Source: Lachnospiraceae bacterium
GTDB lineage: Bacteria; Bacillota; Clostridia; Lachnospirales; Lachnospiraceae
NCBI GenBank assembly: GCA_024691875.1
Contig: JAILNG010000119.1
Span: 2,100-66,099 of the forward strand
Length of the DNA stretch: 64,000 nucleotides
Direction: 5' to 3'
This document shows positions 1 through 9,494 of the stretch, piece by piece. Made by a program: the position numbers and the translations under genes. The notes under the pieces are model-generated. The model searched no databases. It was not told where the DNA came from and was given only the letters and a program-made list of their open reading frames with translations. How positions within the stretch are numbered: the first letter of the stretch is position 1; the number at the start of each line of letters is the position of its first letter.

Positions 1-999
1 ATTGGGGATCGCGTTTAAATCAAGTCCGCTGAAGTTCCCCTTAAGGAATTCATAATAAGCAGCCGCTCCGATCATTGCAGCATTATCTGTACAGAAGATC
101 GGTGAAGGGTAGATCATCTCCAGTCCTCTCTTCTCACATGCTGCCTTCATTCCCGCACGTAATGCGGAATTGGAAGCGACTCCTCCCGCAAGCGCCACTT
201 TTTTAAAGCCATATTCTTTGGCCGCATGCATCGTTTTGTCAACCAGAACATCCACGACCGCTGCCTGAAACGAAGCAGCCACGTCATTTCTGTTGACTTC
301 TTCTCCCTTCATTTCAGCCTGATTAAGGTAGTTCAACACAGCAGATTTCAGTCCCGAAAAGCTGAAATCATAGGGACAGTCATCCACCTTCGCTCTTGGG
401 AATGCAATAGCTTTGGGATTTCCCTCTTTAGCAACCTTATCGATCTTAGGACCTCCCGGATAGCCGAGTCCTATCGCGCGTGCGACCTTGTCATAAGCTT
501 CTCCGGCCGCATCATCGTGTGTTCTGCCAAGTATCTCATACTCTCCGTAGTCCTTCATGATCACAAGATGTGTGTGCCCGCCTGAGACTATGAGGCACAA
601 AAAAGGAGGCTCAAGATCAGGATGTTCAAGGAAATTTGCCGAAACGTGTCCTTCAATGTGGTGAACACCGATAAGAGGCAAGCCTGCAGCGTAAGCAAGG
701 GCCTTTGCTGCAGAAACACCCACCAGCAAAGGGCCGACAAGTCCGGGTCCGTAAGTCACCGCAACTGCATCAAGATCCTTGAGACCTACTCCCGCATCCG
801 AAAGAGCCTGTTCTATAACAGGATTAACCTTCTCTATATGCTTTCTCGAAGCAATTTCAGGTACAACTCCGCCATACAATGTATGGAGATCGATTTGAGA
901 ATAAATAACGTTCGAAAGGACTTTACGTCCGTTTTCAATAACAGCCGCCGCAGTCTCATCGCAGGATGACTCGATGGCCAAAATCTTAATATCTTTCAT
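1..999 (-). CDS. tsaD: tRNA N6-adenosine threonylcarbamoyltransferase TsaD (Kae1/Gcp family). The C-terminus runs off the window start.
   Basis: Absent from the ORF track because there is no stop inside the window. Hand translation of the minus strand from ATG 999-997 gives [28 protein letters not shown]...GVHHIEGH...[10 protein letters not shown]...GEAYDKVAR...LAGGVASNS. The frame stays open for all 333 codons. It lies downstream of tsaE-tsaB-rimI. Confidence 0.9.
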   Translation of the reverse strand, partial: MKDIKILAIESSCDETAAAVIENGRKVLSNVIYSQIDLHTLYGGVVPEIASRKHIEKVNPVIEQALSDAGVGLKDLDAVAVTYGPGLVGPLLVGVSAAKALAYAAGLPLIGVHHIEGHVSANFLEHPDLEPPFLCLIVSGGHTHLVIMKDYGEYEILGRTHDDAAGEAYDKVARAIGLGYPGGPKIDKVAKEGNPKAIAFPRAKVDDCPYDFSFSGLKSAVLNYLNQAEMKGEEVNRNDVAASFQAAVVDVLVDKTMHAAKEYGFKKVALAGGVASNSALRAGMKAACEKRGLEMIYPSPIFCTDNAAMIGAAAYYEFLKGNFSGLDLNAIPN

Positions 1000-1028
1000 C
1001 TTAAAACCTTCTTAGATCTGTTTATACT

Positions 1029-1616
1029 TTAATCCGGGAATTCCACAGGATCTGTCAGTTCCCAGCCTAAAATCTTCCAATTACCTTTTTCGTCTTCTCT
1101 CAGAACAAACTTTTCGTAGGTTCGGCTGATACCTGTCTTGTCTCTGACAACAAACATGCCCACGATCGATGCCATGTTTTTTCCGTCTTTGGTGTACTTT
1201 TCCGTCTGGCTCTCCAATTGAACATTCGTAACGGAAATCACCTTACCTTCGTTTCTGAAAGCGATTATCTCATTATAAAGCGAATCCTCATAGCTGTCCT
1301 TCGGATTCAATTCAAGCAACTCGTCATCATAGAGCCTTCTGAGCTGCTCCGTGATCTTGTAAAACTCTGCCTCCGTGTAATTCCCGGACATAAGACAGGT
1401 ATTGATCCTTTGATAGAGTCTCACCACTTCTCTCACCGTAGAAGGATAGAATCGATCGAGGTCCTTGGAGATTATAGCCTGAGCCTCCGTGTTTGAAGTA
1501 GTTTTTGTCTCAAAAATAGAGTCACTTTTTCTGTTGTTAACGGTATAGAAAACTATCCAAATGACAATACCAAGGATAACTACACCGCCTATAATGCCTC
1601 CGATATATTTCTTCAT
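1029..1616 (-). CDS. Hypothetical N-terminally membrane-anchored protein
   Basis: 195-aa ORF with a GAGGT RBS about 6 nt upstream of the ATG. It has one TM helix (IGGIIGGVVILGIVIWIVFY) followed by a soluble domain. I recognise no family. Confidence 0.6.
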   Translation of the reverse strand: MKKYIGGIIGGVVILGIVIWIVFYTVNNRKSDSIFETKTTSNTEAQAIISKDLDRFYPSTVREVVRLYQRINTCLMSGNYTEAEFYKITEQLRRLYDDELLELNPKDSYEDSLYNEIIAFRNEGKVISVTNVQLESQTEKYTKDGKNMASIVGMFVVRDKTGISRTYEKFVLREDEKGNWKILGWELTDPVEFPD

Positions 1617-1707
1617 GCTTCTACCTCGTTTCTGTCAATGAGACCGACTGTTGCTGTTATATATATCGGCACAACGCCCTTTGACATTCACTTTTCTTCG
1701 GCAGCAC

Positions 1708-2628
1708 TCACTGCTCATCCTCGGAAAACCTGAGCGTCACACTCTGTCCGTCGCTTGCGCACTTGGTGTTAGGGAAAACGCTTTTTGCAAGCCCCAGATA
1801 CTCTTTGGGTCTGTTCATGGAAGGGCTGTAATGGGTGAGCCACATCTCATTCACTTCCGCAGCGGCTGCCATCTTGGCGGCTTCTTTAAAAGTCATATGC
1901 TTTTTCTTTACTGCATCCGCCTGCTTTTCGGGCTCGCCGTACATGCCTTCGCAAATGAAAAGGTCCGAATGCATTGCGTTCTTAACGATGGATTCTGTAG
2001 GCCTGGTGTCCGTGCAATAAGTAACTTTCAGTCCCTTTCTTTCCGGTCCCAGTACCATATCCGGCGTAAACACTTTACCGTCAGCTTCCAGCGTTTCTCC
2101 CTTTTGCAATTTATTCCAAAACTGCAACGGGATCCCCGCCTCCTTTGCGCGCTCCGCATCAAAGCGGCCGGCCCTCCTGACTTCCAGCGTATAGCCGTAG
2201 CAAGTCACATTGTGATTCACTTTAAAAGCAGTAATTTCATATCCCAACATGGAGAAACTCTTTTCAGCCTCTCCGATCTCTATCATATTGATCTCAAAAG
2301 GTAACTCGGGCGCAATGATCCTCAAAGCGCTCACCACCTTTTCGAGTCCCTTGGGTCCGATCATCGTAACCGGCTCCGTTCTCTCCGCATTTCCCATAGA
2401 AAGCAAAAGTCCGGGCAGTCCGCTGATATGATCCCCGTGATAATGCGTAAAAAGGATGCAATCTATATCATGAAAGCTGAGTCCCGCCTGGCGGATCGCC
2501 ACCTGTGTTCCTTCCCCGGCGTCGATCAGTATCCCTTTTCCGTTGTATCTTACCATAAGGGAGGTAAGCCACCTTTTTGGAAGAGGCATCATTCCGCCCG
2601 TACCCAATAAACACAAATCTAACATCAA
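1708..2628 (-). CDS. rnz: Ribonuclease Z (tRNA 3' endonuclease)
   Basis: 306 aa. It carries the metallo-beta-lactamase HxHxDH motif (FTHYHGDHISG). The N-terminal LLGTGG and the length fit short-form RNase Z. Confidence 0.88.
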   Translation of the reverse strand: MMLDLCLLGTGGMMPLPKRWLTSLMVRYNGKGILIDAGEGTQVAIRQAGLSFHDIDCILFTHYHGDHISGLPGLLLSMGNAERTEPVTMIGPKGLEKVVSALRIIAPELPFEINMIEIGEAEKSFSMLGYEITAFKVNHNVTCYGYTLEVRRAGRFDAERAKEAGIPLQFWNKLQKGETLEADGKVFTPDMVLGPERKGLKVTYCTDTRPTESIVKNAMHSDLFICEGMYGEPEKQADAVKKKHMTFKEAAKMAAAAEVNEMWLTHYSPSMNRPKEYLGLAKSVFPNTKCASDGQSVTLRFSEDEQ

Positions 2629-2705
2629 TTTCCTCTTATCTAAGGCATATAATTACTAAACACTCTGTTATCATATGCCGCCAACAGTTTCCTTGCCACT
2701 TAACA

Positions 2706-3152
2706 CTATTCTATGTTAAGCCGCATAATGACAGCGTCTTCCTTCGGAAGCTCGTAAAAGCCTTTTCTGAGTCCCACATCTCTGAATCCCAGTTTTCTGT
2801 AAAGGCTTCTTGCCGGCTCGTTGCTCACTCTGACTTCCAGATACATGTCTCTAACTTCAAAGCTTTTGGCTTTTTTGATCAGTTCATTCATCATTTTGTA
2901 AGCAATGCCCTGTCCTCTGCAATCTTTTCTTACACAGACATTCGGGATCTCTGCTTCGTCCAGGACATAGTAAAAACAGCAATATCCCATTATATCGTCA
3001 TCATCGTCGTCGGAAACGGTCACCAAAAGACAGTAATTCTCCTGCAAGATGGAGCCTTCAAAATTATCCCTGCTCCAAGGCATGGAAAAAGTGGCTTTCT
3101 CTATTTCACTCACCCTGTCACAGTCTTTTATTGTCATTTCACGAATCTTCAT
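2706..3152 (-). CDS. rimI: Ribosomal-protein-alanine N-acetyltransferase RimI (GNAT)
   Basis: GNAT acetyl-CoA motif RGQGIAYKMM, in the conserved position after tsaE-tsaB. I prefer ATG 3152, preceded by GGGAGA, over the GTG at 3164 used by the ORF track. Confidence 0.8.
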   Translation of the reverse strand: MKIREMTIKDCDRVSEIEKATFSMPWSRDNFEGSILQENYCLLVTVSDDDDDDIMGYCCFYYVLDEAEIPNVCVRKDCRGQGIAYKMMNELIKKAKSFEVRDMYLEVRVSNEPARSLYRKLGFRDVGLRKGFYELPKEDAVIMRLNIE

Positions 3153-3198
3153 TTCGTCTCCCACGACTGATCATTTCCAACGACAAAAGACAATTTCC

Positions 3199-3897
3199 CT
3201 ACTTCTCTTTGCGTTCCCTTTCCGCCTGAGAAAGGCGTAAGTAGTCGGGAACATGCTCGGCTGCCGTAACGGCAAGTCCTGCTTTAAACATTTCAATTGC
3301 TCTGACCGCAAGGCTTCCGGCTCTTTGCACACTGTTGTTTACAGGTGCAAATTGTATCTTCACCTCAACCTTTTCTTTTAACAATTCGGCAAAAACAGGC
3401 ACTCCGTCTCCCAAAAAGATAACCGGCTCCTTCAGATCGTTAACGATCTCCACTATCTCATCGATAGACACTGCCATCTGGTCTCTGACCACTTCAAAGC
3501 CTGCAGCTGTGTTTCTGTAAACTCCGGTGTAAACCTGACTTCTGCGGGCATCCATCAATGGAACGATGAGCCCCTCAAAGCCGAAAATGTTCGCCGCTAT
3601 GGTCTGAGTTGTAGGTACTGCCACGATGGGCTTGTTAAGTGCCTGTCCCAGTCCCTTTGCTGTAGCGGATCCGATCCTTAAGCCCGTAAAGCTTCCCGGT
3701 CCTCCGGATACAGCGATGGCGTCGATCTCTTCAAGATCTGTCCCTGTTCTTTTTACTACCTCGTCCACCATCGGAAGAAGTGTTTGAGAATGAGTCAGCT
3801 TCAGATTCAAGCTGAACTCTCCGATAATTTTTTCCTCTGTGGCTATGGCACAGGATGCCACAAGTCCGGAGGCTTCAATAGCCAAAATCTTATTCAT
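3199..3897 (-). CDS. tsaB: tRNA threonylcarbamoyladenosine biosynthesis protein TsaB (YeaZ)
   Basis: 232 aa with ILAIEASG...VSGGPGSFTGLRIG motifs. Located between tsaE and rimI. Confidence 0.85.
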   Translation of the reverse strand: MNKILAIEASGLVASCAIATEEKIIGEFSLNLKLTHSQTLLPMVDEVVKRTGTDLEEIDAIAVSGGPGSFTGLRIGSATAKGLGQALNKPIVAVPTTQTIAANIFGFEGLIVPLMDARRSQVYTGVYRNTAAGFEVVRDQMAVSIDEIVEIVNDLKEPVIFLGDGVPVFAELLKEKVEVKIQFAPVNNSVQRAGSLAVRAIEMFKAGLAVTAAEHVPDYLRLSQAERERKEK

Positions 3898-3901
3898 TAA
3901 A

Positions 3902-4336
3902 TCAAGCCTTCCTAATTTCTATGCTTCTGTAATCGAAGCCCTTTTGCAGATCCTTTGAAATGGTAACCCTGGTACAGGTTTCCGGCAAAAGATCCTCGAT
4001 CTTGTCGGCCCATTCCACAAGGGAAACGCCCTGTCCGAAAAAACAATCCTCGTATCCGATCTCGTCCATCTCATCGATGTCATCGATCCTGTAAACATCA
4101 AAATGATACAGGGGCATTCTTCCGCTTTCATACACCTGCACAATGGTAAATGTGGGGCTGACAACAGGCTCATCGATTCCGAGTCCCTTGGCAAATCCCT
4201 TTGTGAATACGGTCTTTCCGACGCCCAGATCACCTGACAGGCATATAATGTCTCCGGGCTTTGAATTCATGGCCATATCATATGCAATTTTGGATGTCTC
4301 CTCCGGCGATCCGGAAGAGAAAGTTTCAATTTTCAT
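3902..4336 (-). CDS. tsaE: tRNA threonylcarbamoyladenosine biosynthesis ATPase TsaE (YjeE)
   Basis: 144 aa with P-loop GDLGVGKT. Size and operon context are typical. Confidence 0.85.
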   Translation of the reverse strand: MKIETFSSGSPEETSKIAYDMAMNSKPGDIICLSGDLGVGKTVFTKGFAKGLGIDEPVVSPTFTIVQVYESGRMPLYHFDVYRIDDIDEMDEIGYEDCFFGQGVSLVEWADKIEDLLPETCTRVTISKDLQKGFDYRSIEIRKA

Positions 4337-4346
4337 GCTCTGTATC

Positions 4347-4853
4347 CTATTTTTTAAGCTTCACACAGCCTGCGGGGCACATTTCTCTCAAAAGATTTTT
4401 GAAATCTCCGAGCTCTGAGCCTATGCATGCTTTGGGAAGTATGGTTGCATTGTTGTTTCCGGTAAAAAGGATGATGCTCTTCACAGTTTCCTGCGCAAGA
4501 AGAACGATCTCCCATGGAGCGTCCTGGCTCTGTCCGTCCTGAGCCAGAGTGATCCCGCTTTTATTAAATGTATAGCTTACCGGCTTTGAAAAACCGGGAT
4601 TCTTCTTTGTCTGTCTCCATGCCTTAAAAAGAAGCAGGGACGGATTTATCACCGTAAACAATGAGGCAAGACCGATCAAAGCGATGAGGCTTAAGGGCGA
4701 ATCTCCGTATCCGAAGATCAGTGCTACAATAGCAATGGCGCTGAAGCCGTAGTTTATCACCGATCTGAAACCGCCGTAAGAGTTAATGTACAAAAACTCG
4801 AAAATGTATCCGGTTTTCATGTTTACAGTAAACTTTATATCTTTGTCTTCCAT
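4347..4853 (-). CDS. YcxB-like membrane protein, function unknown
   Basis: 168 aa with two central hydrophobic helices (FSAIAIVALIFGY, LIALIGLASLFTVI). The family assignment is from memory only. Confidence 0.5.
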   Translation of the reverse strand: MEDKDIKFTVNMKTGYIFEFLYINSYGGFRSVINYGFSAIAIVALIFGYGDSPLSLIALIGLASLFTVINPSLLLFKAWRQTKKNPGFSKPVSYTFNKSGITLAQDGQSQDAPWEIVLLAQETVKSIILFTGNNNATILPKACIGSELGDFKNLLREMCPAGCVKLKK

Positions 4854-4884
4854 ATAACTTGCTCCTTAAGTCTTTCTCAGGCAT

Positions 4885-7287
4885 TTACAGTATCATGGAT
4901 AATGCAATCCTCTTCTTTGCGGGATCGCAGCTTAAAACTTTGACTTCAACAATGTCTCCGACACTGACTGCTTCCAAAGGATGCTTAATGTACTTTTTGT
5001 TAGTGATCTGAGAAATGTGAACCAGACCGTCCTGATGCACGCCGATGTCCACAAATACACCGAAATCGATCACGTTTCGAACGGTTCCCTTAAGGATCAT
5101 TCCCTCGGTCAGATCCTTCATTTCAAGCACGTCATTTCTTAAAATGGGTTTGGGCATCTCATCTCTCGGATCTCTTCCGGGCTTTTCAAGTTCCTTGATT
5201 ATGTCCGTGAGAGTCATTTCACCGATACCGAGTCTGTCAGCCAAAGCCTTTTTGTCCTTTATCATCTTTCCGATGGAAGAAAGGTTGTCTCCGTCAGTCT
5301 TTACGATAACGGGAGCCTCTGCCTTCTTTTGATCGTTTGCCGCAGGTGTTGTCAGTTTCTTTCCCGACTTTTCCATTGCCTGAGCAAAAGCAGCTCCAAA
5401 AGCGGAATTGGTGTTGGAGATACGTATCTCCTTCTCTGCGGGCCTCCTGTTCCTTCTTTCACCCTTATTGGGCATAGCTGCCTCTCTTGCAGCCTTTTCC
5501 TGAGCCTTGGCATTCTTTTGAGCCGCCAGCTGCTCAGCTCTCAGCTTATTGATGTCATCGGGTTTAAAGCCGAGTTCGGAAAGAAGCTCTGTCGCCGCTT
5601 CGTAGGACTCGGGGTGAACCGATGTTGAATCCAAAGGATTTGCACCTCCCATGATACGCAGGAAACCTGCACACTGCTCGTAAGCCTTGGGGCCCAGTTT
5701 TGCCACTTTCAAAAGATCGTTTCTGGTAATGAATCTGCCGTTTGCTTCACGGAAGGCAACGATGTTCTTTGCGGTAACCTTTGAAATTCCGGAAACGTAC
5801 TCAAGAAGTGCGGGTGAAGCGGTGTTCAGATCGACACCCACCTTGTTTACACAGTCCTCAACAACTCCGGCAAGAGTCTCTGAAAGCTTCTTCTGGTTCA
5901 TGTCATGCTGATACTGTCCCACACCGATGGCCTGAGGCTCGATCTTAACCAGCTCAGCCAGAGGATCCTGCAGTCTTCTTGCTATGGAAACCGCAGAACG
6001 CTGAGCTACATCGTAGTCAGGGAATTCCTCTGTCGCAAGTTTGCTGGCAGAGTAGACCGAAGCGCCCGCTTCACTGGTGATCACGTACTTTGTGGGCACC
6101 TTCATTTCCTTTAAAAGATCTACGATAAAGAGCTCCGACTCACGTGATGCTGTTCCGTTACCAACGGAGATCAATGTTACCTTATATTTGATGATGAGTC
6201 TCTTAACAATTGCCTTTGCCTCATCCATTTTGTGCATTCCGGGAAGTGTGGCAAAAACCACGGCTGTGTCCAGTACCTTACCTGTTGCATCCACAACCGC
6301 CAGCTTACATCCTGTTCTGAAACCGGGATCCCAGCCGAGAACAGTCTGTCCCACGATGGGAGGCTGCATGAGAAGCTGCTTCAGATTTTCTCCGAACACC
6401 TTGATAGCTCCGTCCTCAGCCTTTTCGGTCAGTTCATTGCGAACTTCTCTCTCTATGGAAGGAGCGATCAAGCGGTCATATGCATCCGCGACAGCCGTCT
6501 TTATGAGCTCGTTTGTATTGGGATTGTCCTTGGTTATTATCTTCTTTTCAAGGTATCTCAAGATGGTCTCGGTAGGGGCGGTGATCTTTACGGTCAATAC
6601 CTTTTCGGTCTCTCCTCTGTTAAGCGCAAGGATCCTGTGTCCGGGAAGAGTCTTCACTTTCTCGGAGAAATTGTAGTACATCTCGTAAACGCTGTCAGCT
6701 TCCTCATCCTTAGCAGATGAAGATATAACGCCCTCTTCTTCCGTCACCGAACGGATGTGAGTTCTGTAATCCGCTTCATCGGAAATTTTCTCTGCGATTA
6801 TGTCTAAAGCGCCCGCAACAGCTTCTTCGGGTGTATTTACTTCTTTTTCGGGATCTACGTATTCCTTCGCTGCTTCCAAAGCGGGAACTGTCAGTTCCTG
6901 AGCGAAAATGAGATCTGCAAGAGGCTGTAAGCCCTTTTCCGCAGCTATTGTAGCTCTGGTTCTTCTCTTAGGTCTGTATGGACGATAAATGTCCTCCAAA
7001 GTAACCATGTTCTGGGCTTCACCGATCTGCTTTTTGAGTTCGTCCGTGAGTTTACCCTGTTCTTCTATGCTTTTTAAGATCTGTTCTTTCTTTTCTTCAA
7101 GACTTCTGAGGTACTTAAGACGTTCGTCGAGATTTCTGAGTACCTCATCGTTCAATGCCCCTGTAGCTTCTTTTCTGTATCGTGCGATGAAAGGTATGGT
7201 GTTTCCCTCATCGATCAGCTTCACAGCCGCATCAACCTGTTCTCTGCGTACTCCGAGTTCCGCCGTAAGCTGTTTTAAAATATCCAT
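4885..7287 (-). CDS. tex: Tex-like S1 RNA-binding transcription accessory protein
   Basis: 800 aa with a Tex N-terminus (IPFIARYRKE), YqgF-like and HhH regions. The C-terminal S1 domain is GMILKGTVRNVIDFGVFVDIGVHQDGLVHISQI. Confidence 0.9.
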   Translation of the reverse strand: MDILKQLTAELGVRREQVDAAVKLIDEGNTIPFIARYRKEATGALNDEVLRNLDERLKYLRSLEEKKEQILKSIEEQGKLTDELKKQIGEAQNMVTLEDIYRPYRPKRRTRATIAAEKGLQPLADLIFAQELTVPALEAAKEYVDPEKEVNTPEEAVAGALDIIAEKISDEADYRTHIRSVTEEEGVISSSAKDEEADSVYEMYYNFSEKVKTLPGHRILALNRGETEKVLTVKITAPTETILRYLEKKIITKDNPNTNELIKTAVADAYDRLIAPSIEREVRNELTEKAEDGAIKVFGENLKQLLMQPPIVGQTVLGWDPGFRTGCKLAVVDATGKVLDTAVVFATLPGMHKMDEAKAIVKRLIIKYKVTLISVGNGTASRESELFIVDLLKEMKVPTKYVITSEAGASVYSASKLATEEFPDYDVAQRSAVSIARRLQDPLAELVKIEPQAIGVGQYQHDMNQKKLSETLAGVVEDCVNKVGVDLNTASPALLEYVSGISKVTAKNIVAFREANGRFITRNDLLKVAKLGPKAYEQCAGFLRIMGGANPLDSTSVHPESYEAATELLSELGFKPDDINKLRAEQLAAQKNAKAQEKAAREAAMPNKGERRNRRPAEKEIRISNTNSAFGAAFAQAMEKSGKKLTTPAANDQKKAEAPVIVKTDGDNLSSIGKMIKDKKALADRLGIGEMTLTDIIKELEKPGRDPRDEMPKPILRNDVLEMKDLTEGMILKGTVRNVIDFGVFVDIGVHQDGLVHISQITNKKYIKHPLEAVSVGDIVEVKVLSCDPAKKRIALSMIL

Positions 7288-7378
7288 CTAATAACCTCCG
7301 AATGTAAGTCTTGGCAGTTTTTCATTTACAATTCAATCTCTGCCTCTTGTATCATATCACATTCTCTTCAAAAAACAA

Positions 7379-7411
7379 GAAAAAAAGCGGCAGACGTTTT
7401 TGATCTACCGC
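7379..7411 (-). terminator. Intrinsic terminator after the mini-zincin gene
   Basis: On the minus strand, GCGGTAGA...TCTGCCGC is followed by TTTTTTT. Confidence 0.7.
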
Positions 7412-7419
7412 TCTGTAAG

Positions 7420-7995
7420 CTATTCTGTCTTAGGTTTGTCAATGTCCGAACCGTCTGTTGTATGCTTTATCCTTGTCCTTGTGAGTCCTCCCGAAACATA
7501 AGTCCTTCCGCACTCCGGGCATATGCTTGTGTGAAGGGTAACACTGGCGGAGATCAGTTTTGCATCCGGCTTGTTGCCTTCCTGAACGGCATTTGCCACA
7601 TGCTCTCTCTCGTGTGCCATTACCTTGGAGGCTGAGACCGAGGGATCGATGTGCCCCGGGGTTTTGAAAGAAACGTCCGATTCATTGGAGCCGTCAACGT
7701 ACATCCTGTTCTCGCAGGTTTCACACTTTTCTATGCCGAGTCGTTTACGCATCCGCTCGGTTGCGGGTGATTCCATGGTCTTGGCCGCGTTGTCCACATC
7801 CATTTTCATCTCGTCGGGAGATTTACCGACTCTCACTGTCTGTGCATTTGAAAAAGCCTCGGGCACAGCCGCAACGGCCGCAACAGCCGCACCTTCATTG
7901 ACATCAGCATGTAGTGCGGTGCTTCTTGCAGCAAGTGTTGCTCCGGAAGCGTATATGCTGTTGTATGCGCCGTAAGCGCCAATGCTTCCGATCAT
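7420..7995 (-). CDS. Small putative zinc metalloprotease-like protein (HExxH between two CxxC pairs; resembles the SprA-related / CJM1_0395-type family)
   Basis: 191 aa. Motifs are C91-E-T-C94, H128-E-R-E-H132 and C159-P-E-C162. The N-terminus is Ala/Gly-rich with no signal peptide. It has an AGGGAGG RBS and its own promoter and terminator. Confidence 0.6.
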   Translation of the reverse strand: MIGSIGAYGAYNSIYASGATLAARSTALHADVNEGAAVAAVAAVPEAFSNAQTVRVGKSPDEMKMDVDNAAKTMESPATERMRKRLGIEKCETCENRMYVDGSNESDVSFKTPGHIDPSVSASKVMAHEREHVANAVQEGNKPDAKLISASVTLHTSICPECGRTYVSGGLTRTRIKHTTDGSDIDKPKTE

Positions 7996-8042
7996 GGCAG
8001 CCTCCCTGATCCTGTGTTTAAGACAGGATCATTCTTAAACAT

Positions 8043-8071
8043 ATTATACCATTTTTATGATCTTTGTGCAA
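8043..8071 (-). promoter_or_regulatory. Sigma-A-type promoter of the mini-zincin gene
   Basis: On the minus strand: TTGCAC, 17 nt, TGgTATAAT (extended -10). The 5' UTR then carries the hairpin GATCCTGT-cttaaac-ACAGGATC before the AGGGAGG RBS. Confidence 0.6.
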
Positions 8072-8083
8072 ATTACGGAATTA

Positions 8084-8109
8084 TAAAAAGGGGATGCGTG
8101 ACCATCCCC
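8084..8109 (-). terminator. Intrinsic terminator after the Ca-loop protein gene
   Basis: On the minus strand, GGGGATG-gtcacg-CATCCCC is followed by TTTTTAT. Confidence 0.7.
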
Positions 8110-8125
8110 TTCAGATACTCTTATT

Positions 8126-9319
8126 TTAAACCGCAAGATCCACGTGCTGAACCGCTCCCGCTTCTCCTGTGGATTCCTTAAGGAAGAAACCTGTGCGTTT
8201 TACCTGTCCCATGGTCGCATTGTTCTTTAAGGACTTAAGTGCAAAGTCTGTGGCAACACTGCCTAAATTGATAGCGCCCACATCTGCCTTTTTGAGATCC
8301 ACAAGAACATCCTTACCGTTCTTATCCTTTGTCCAGATCTTAAGTTTTTTAAAAATACTGTCGTTTTCGTCAATCCAGCCGTTTCCGTCTTCATCGTAGG
8401 CTGCGAGATCTTTAAATCCGTTGCCCGACTTTGTTCCGAAAAGCTCTGAACCGTCATTTATCTTACCGTCGCCGTTCTTGTCAAGGGCAAGAAGGCCGGA
8501 ATTTTCTCTCAGATCGTAGATCCTCTCTTCCTTACCGTCCGCATCGAGGTCAAAAAGGAAAGTCTTTTCAGTGAGATCCGCACACTTGTCATCGAGTTCG
8601 ATCACAAGAGGATCCACCATAGTGTAGGACTCTTCCATGTAAGAACCGTATTCTGCGGTAAAGCTTCTGGACATTTCCACAGTAAGATTAAAGCTGATCT
8701 CGCGTCCGTCCTCCGTTCTTACAGAACCGGTTGACCGGTAAGCTGTGTTTTCGGTTTCCATATAAAACTTGGACTGAACCGTGATCTTTGTCCAATTTGT
8801 CATATTTACGGAATGTCTTCCGACAGGTGCCTGTACCGAGGGCTGAACTCCGGATGCTACACATGCGATGTTTCCGGCAAAGGAGGCCATCTCAGCCTGA
8901 GCCTTGTTCATTGTTTCGGCGAAAGATCTCATTCCATCATCGCAAGGAACGGAAGATGTCTTTTCTCCTCTGATCCTTTTAAGAAGTTCAAGTATCTTTC
9001 TTAACATACGGATATCGGCATCCTCTTCGGGAAGTGCAATTTCCGTTTCTTTTGCTTTGTTTGCTTTAACCATGTCCTGAAGAGACTTTTTAAGGTTTTC
9101 CTTTTGATTTTCTTTTCTTGCGGCTTCGGCTTCTTTTTCTTCAAGAGCGATCTTTTCCTTTTCATCACGAAGCTGTTGTACAAGATTCTTGGAATCATCG
9201 GATAATTCAATTGTTGCAGCCTTGCTGCTTAAAACACTGAGGGATTCCTGCTCTACTTTCTCATAAGAAAAATAGGAGCGTGTCGAAGACATGGATACAT
9301 TAGACGAATCAATTTTCAT
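8126..9319 (-). CDS. Hypothetical protein with a charged coiled-coil N-terminal half and EF-hand/DxDxDG-like Ca-binding loops
   Basis: Start reset to ATG 9319 (AGGAGG RBS), because the ORF-track start at 9514 runs into pfkA. The loops are DLDADGKEE, DKNGDGKINDGSELFG and YDEDGNGWIDENDSIF. The K/E-rich segment is EKEAEAARKENQKENLKK. Confidence 0.6.
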   Translation of the reverse strand: MKIDSSNVSMSSTRSYFSYEKVEQESLSVLSSKAATIELSDDSKNLVQQLRDEKEKIALEEKEAEAARKENQKENLKKSLQDMVKANKAKETEIALPEEDADIRMLRKILELLKRIRGEKTSSVPCDDGMRSFAETMNKAQAEMASFAGNIACVASGVQPSVQAPVGRHSVNMTNWTKITVQSKFYMETENTAYRSTGSVRTEDGREISFNLTVEMSRSFTAEYGSYMEESYTMVDPLVIELDDKCADLTEKTFLFDLDADGKEERIYDLRENSGLLALDKNGDGKINDGSELFGTKSGNGFKDLAAYDEDGNGWIDENDSIFKKLKIWTKDKNGKDVLVDLKKADVGAINLGSVATDFALKSLKNNATMGQVKRTGFFLKESTGEAGAVQHVDLAV

Positions 9320-9439
9320 AATAAGCGCCCTCCTTGGCGATCTTTGAAAAGTGTATGTGCAAATCCTTTTGCACGTAACACGGATTAAGTGTACATTTAT
9401 CTTATCGGCATCTTGTTTTGAAATCTTAACCCCTCTTGT

Positions 9440-9477
9440 AAAAAAAAATCGAGCAGAAAAGAAATGATCTTTTCTGC
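9440..9477 (-). terminator. Intrinsic terminator after pfkA
   Basis: On the minus strand, GCAGAAAAGA-tcatt-TCTTTTCTGC is followed by TCGATTTTTTTTT. Confidence 0.75.
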
Positions 9478-9494
9478 CCGTTATAAAATTCATC

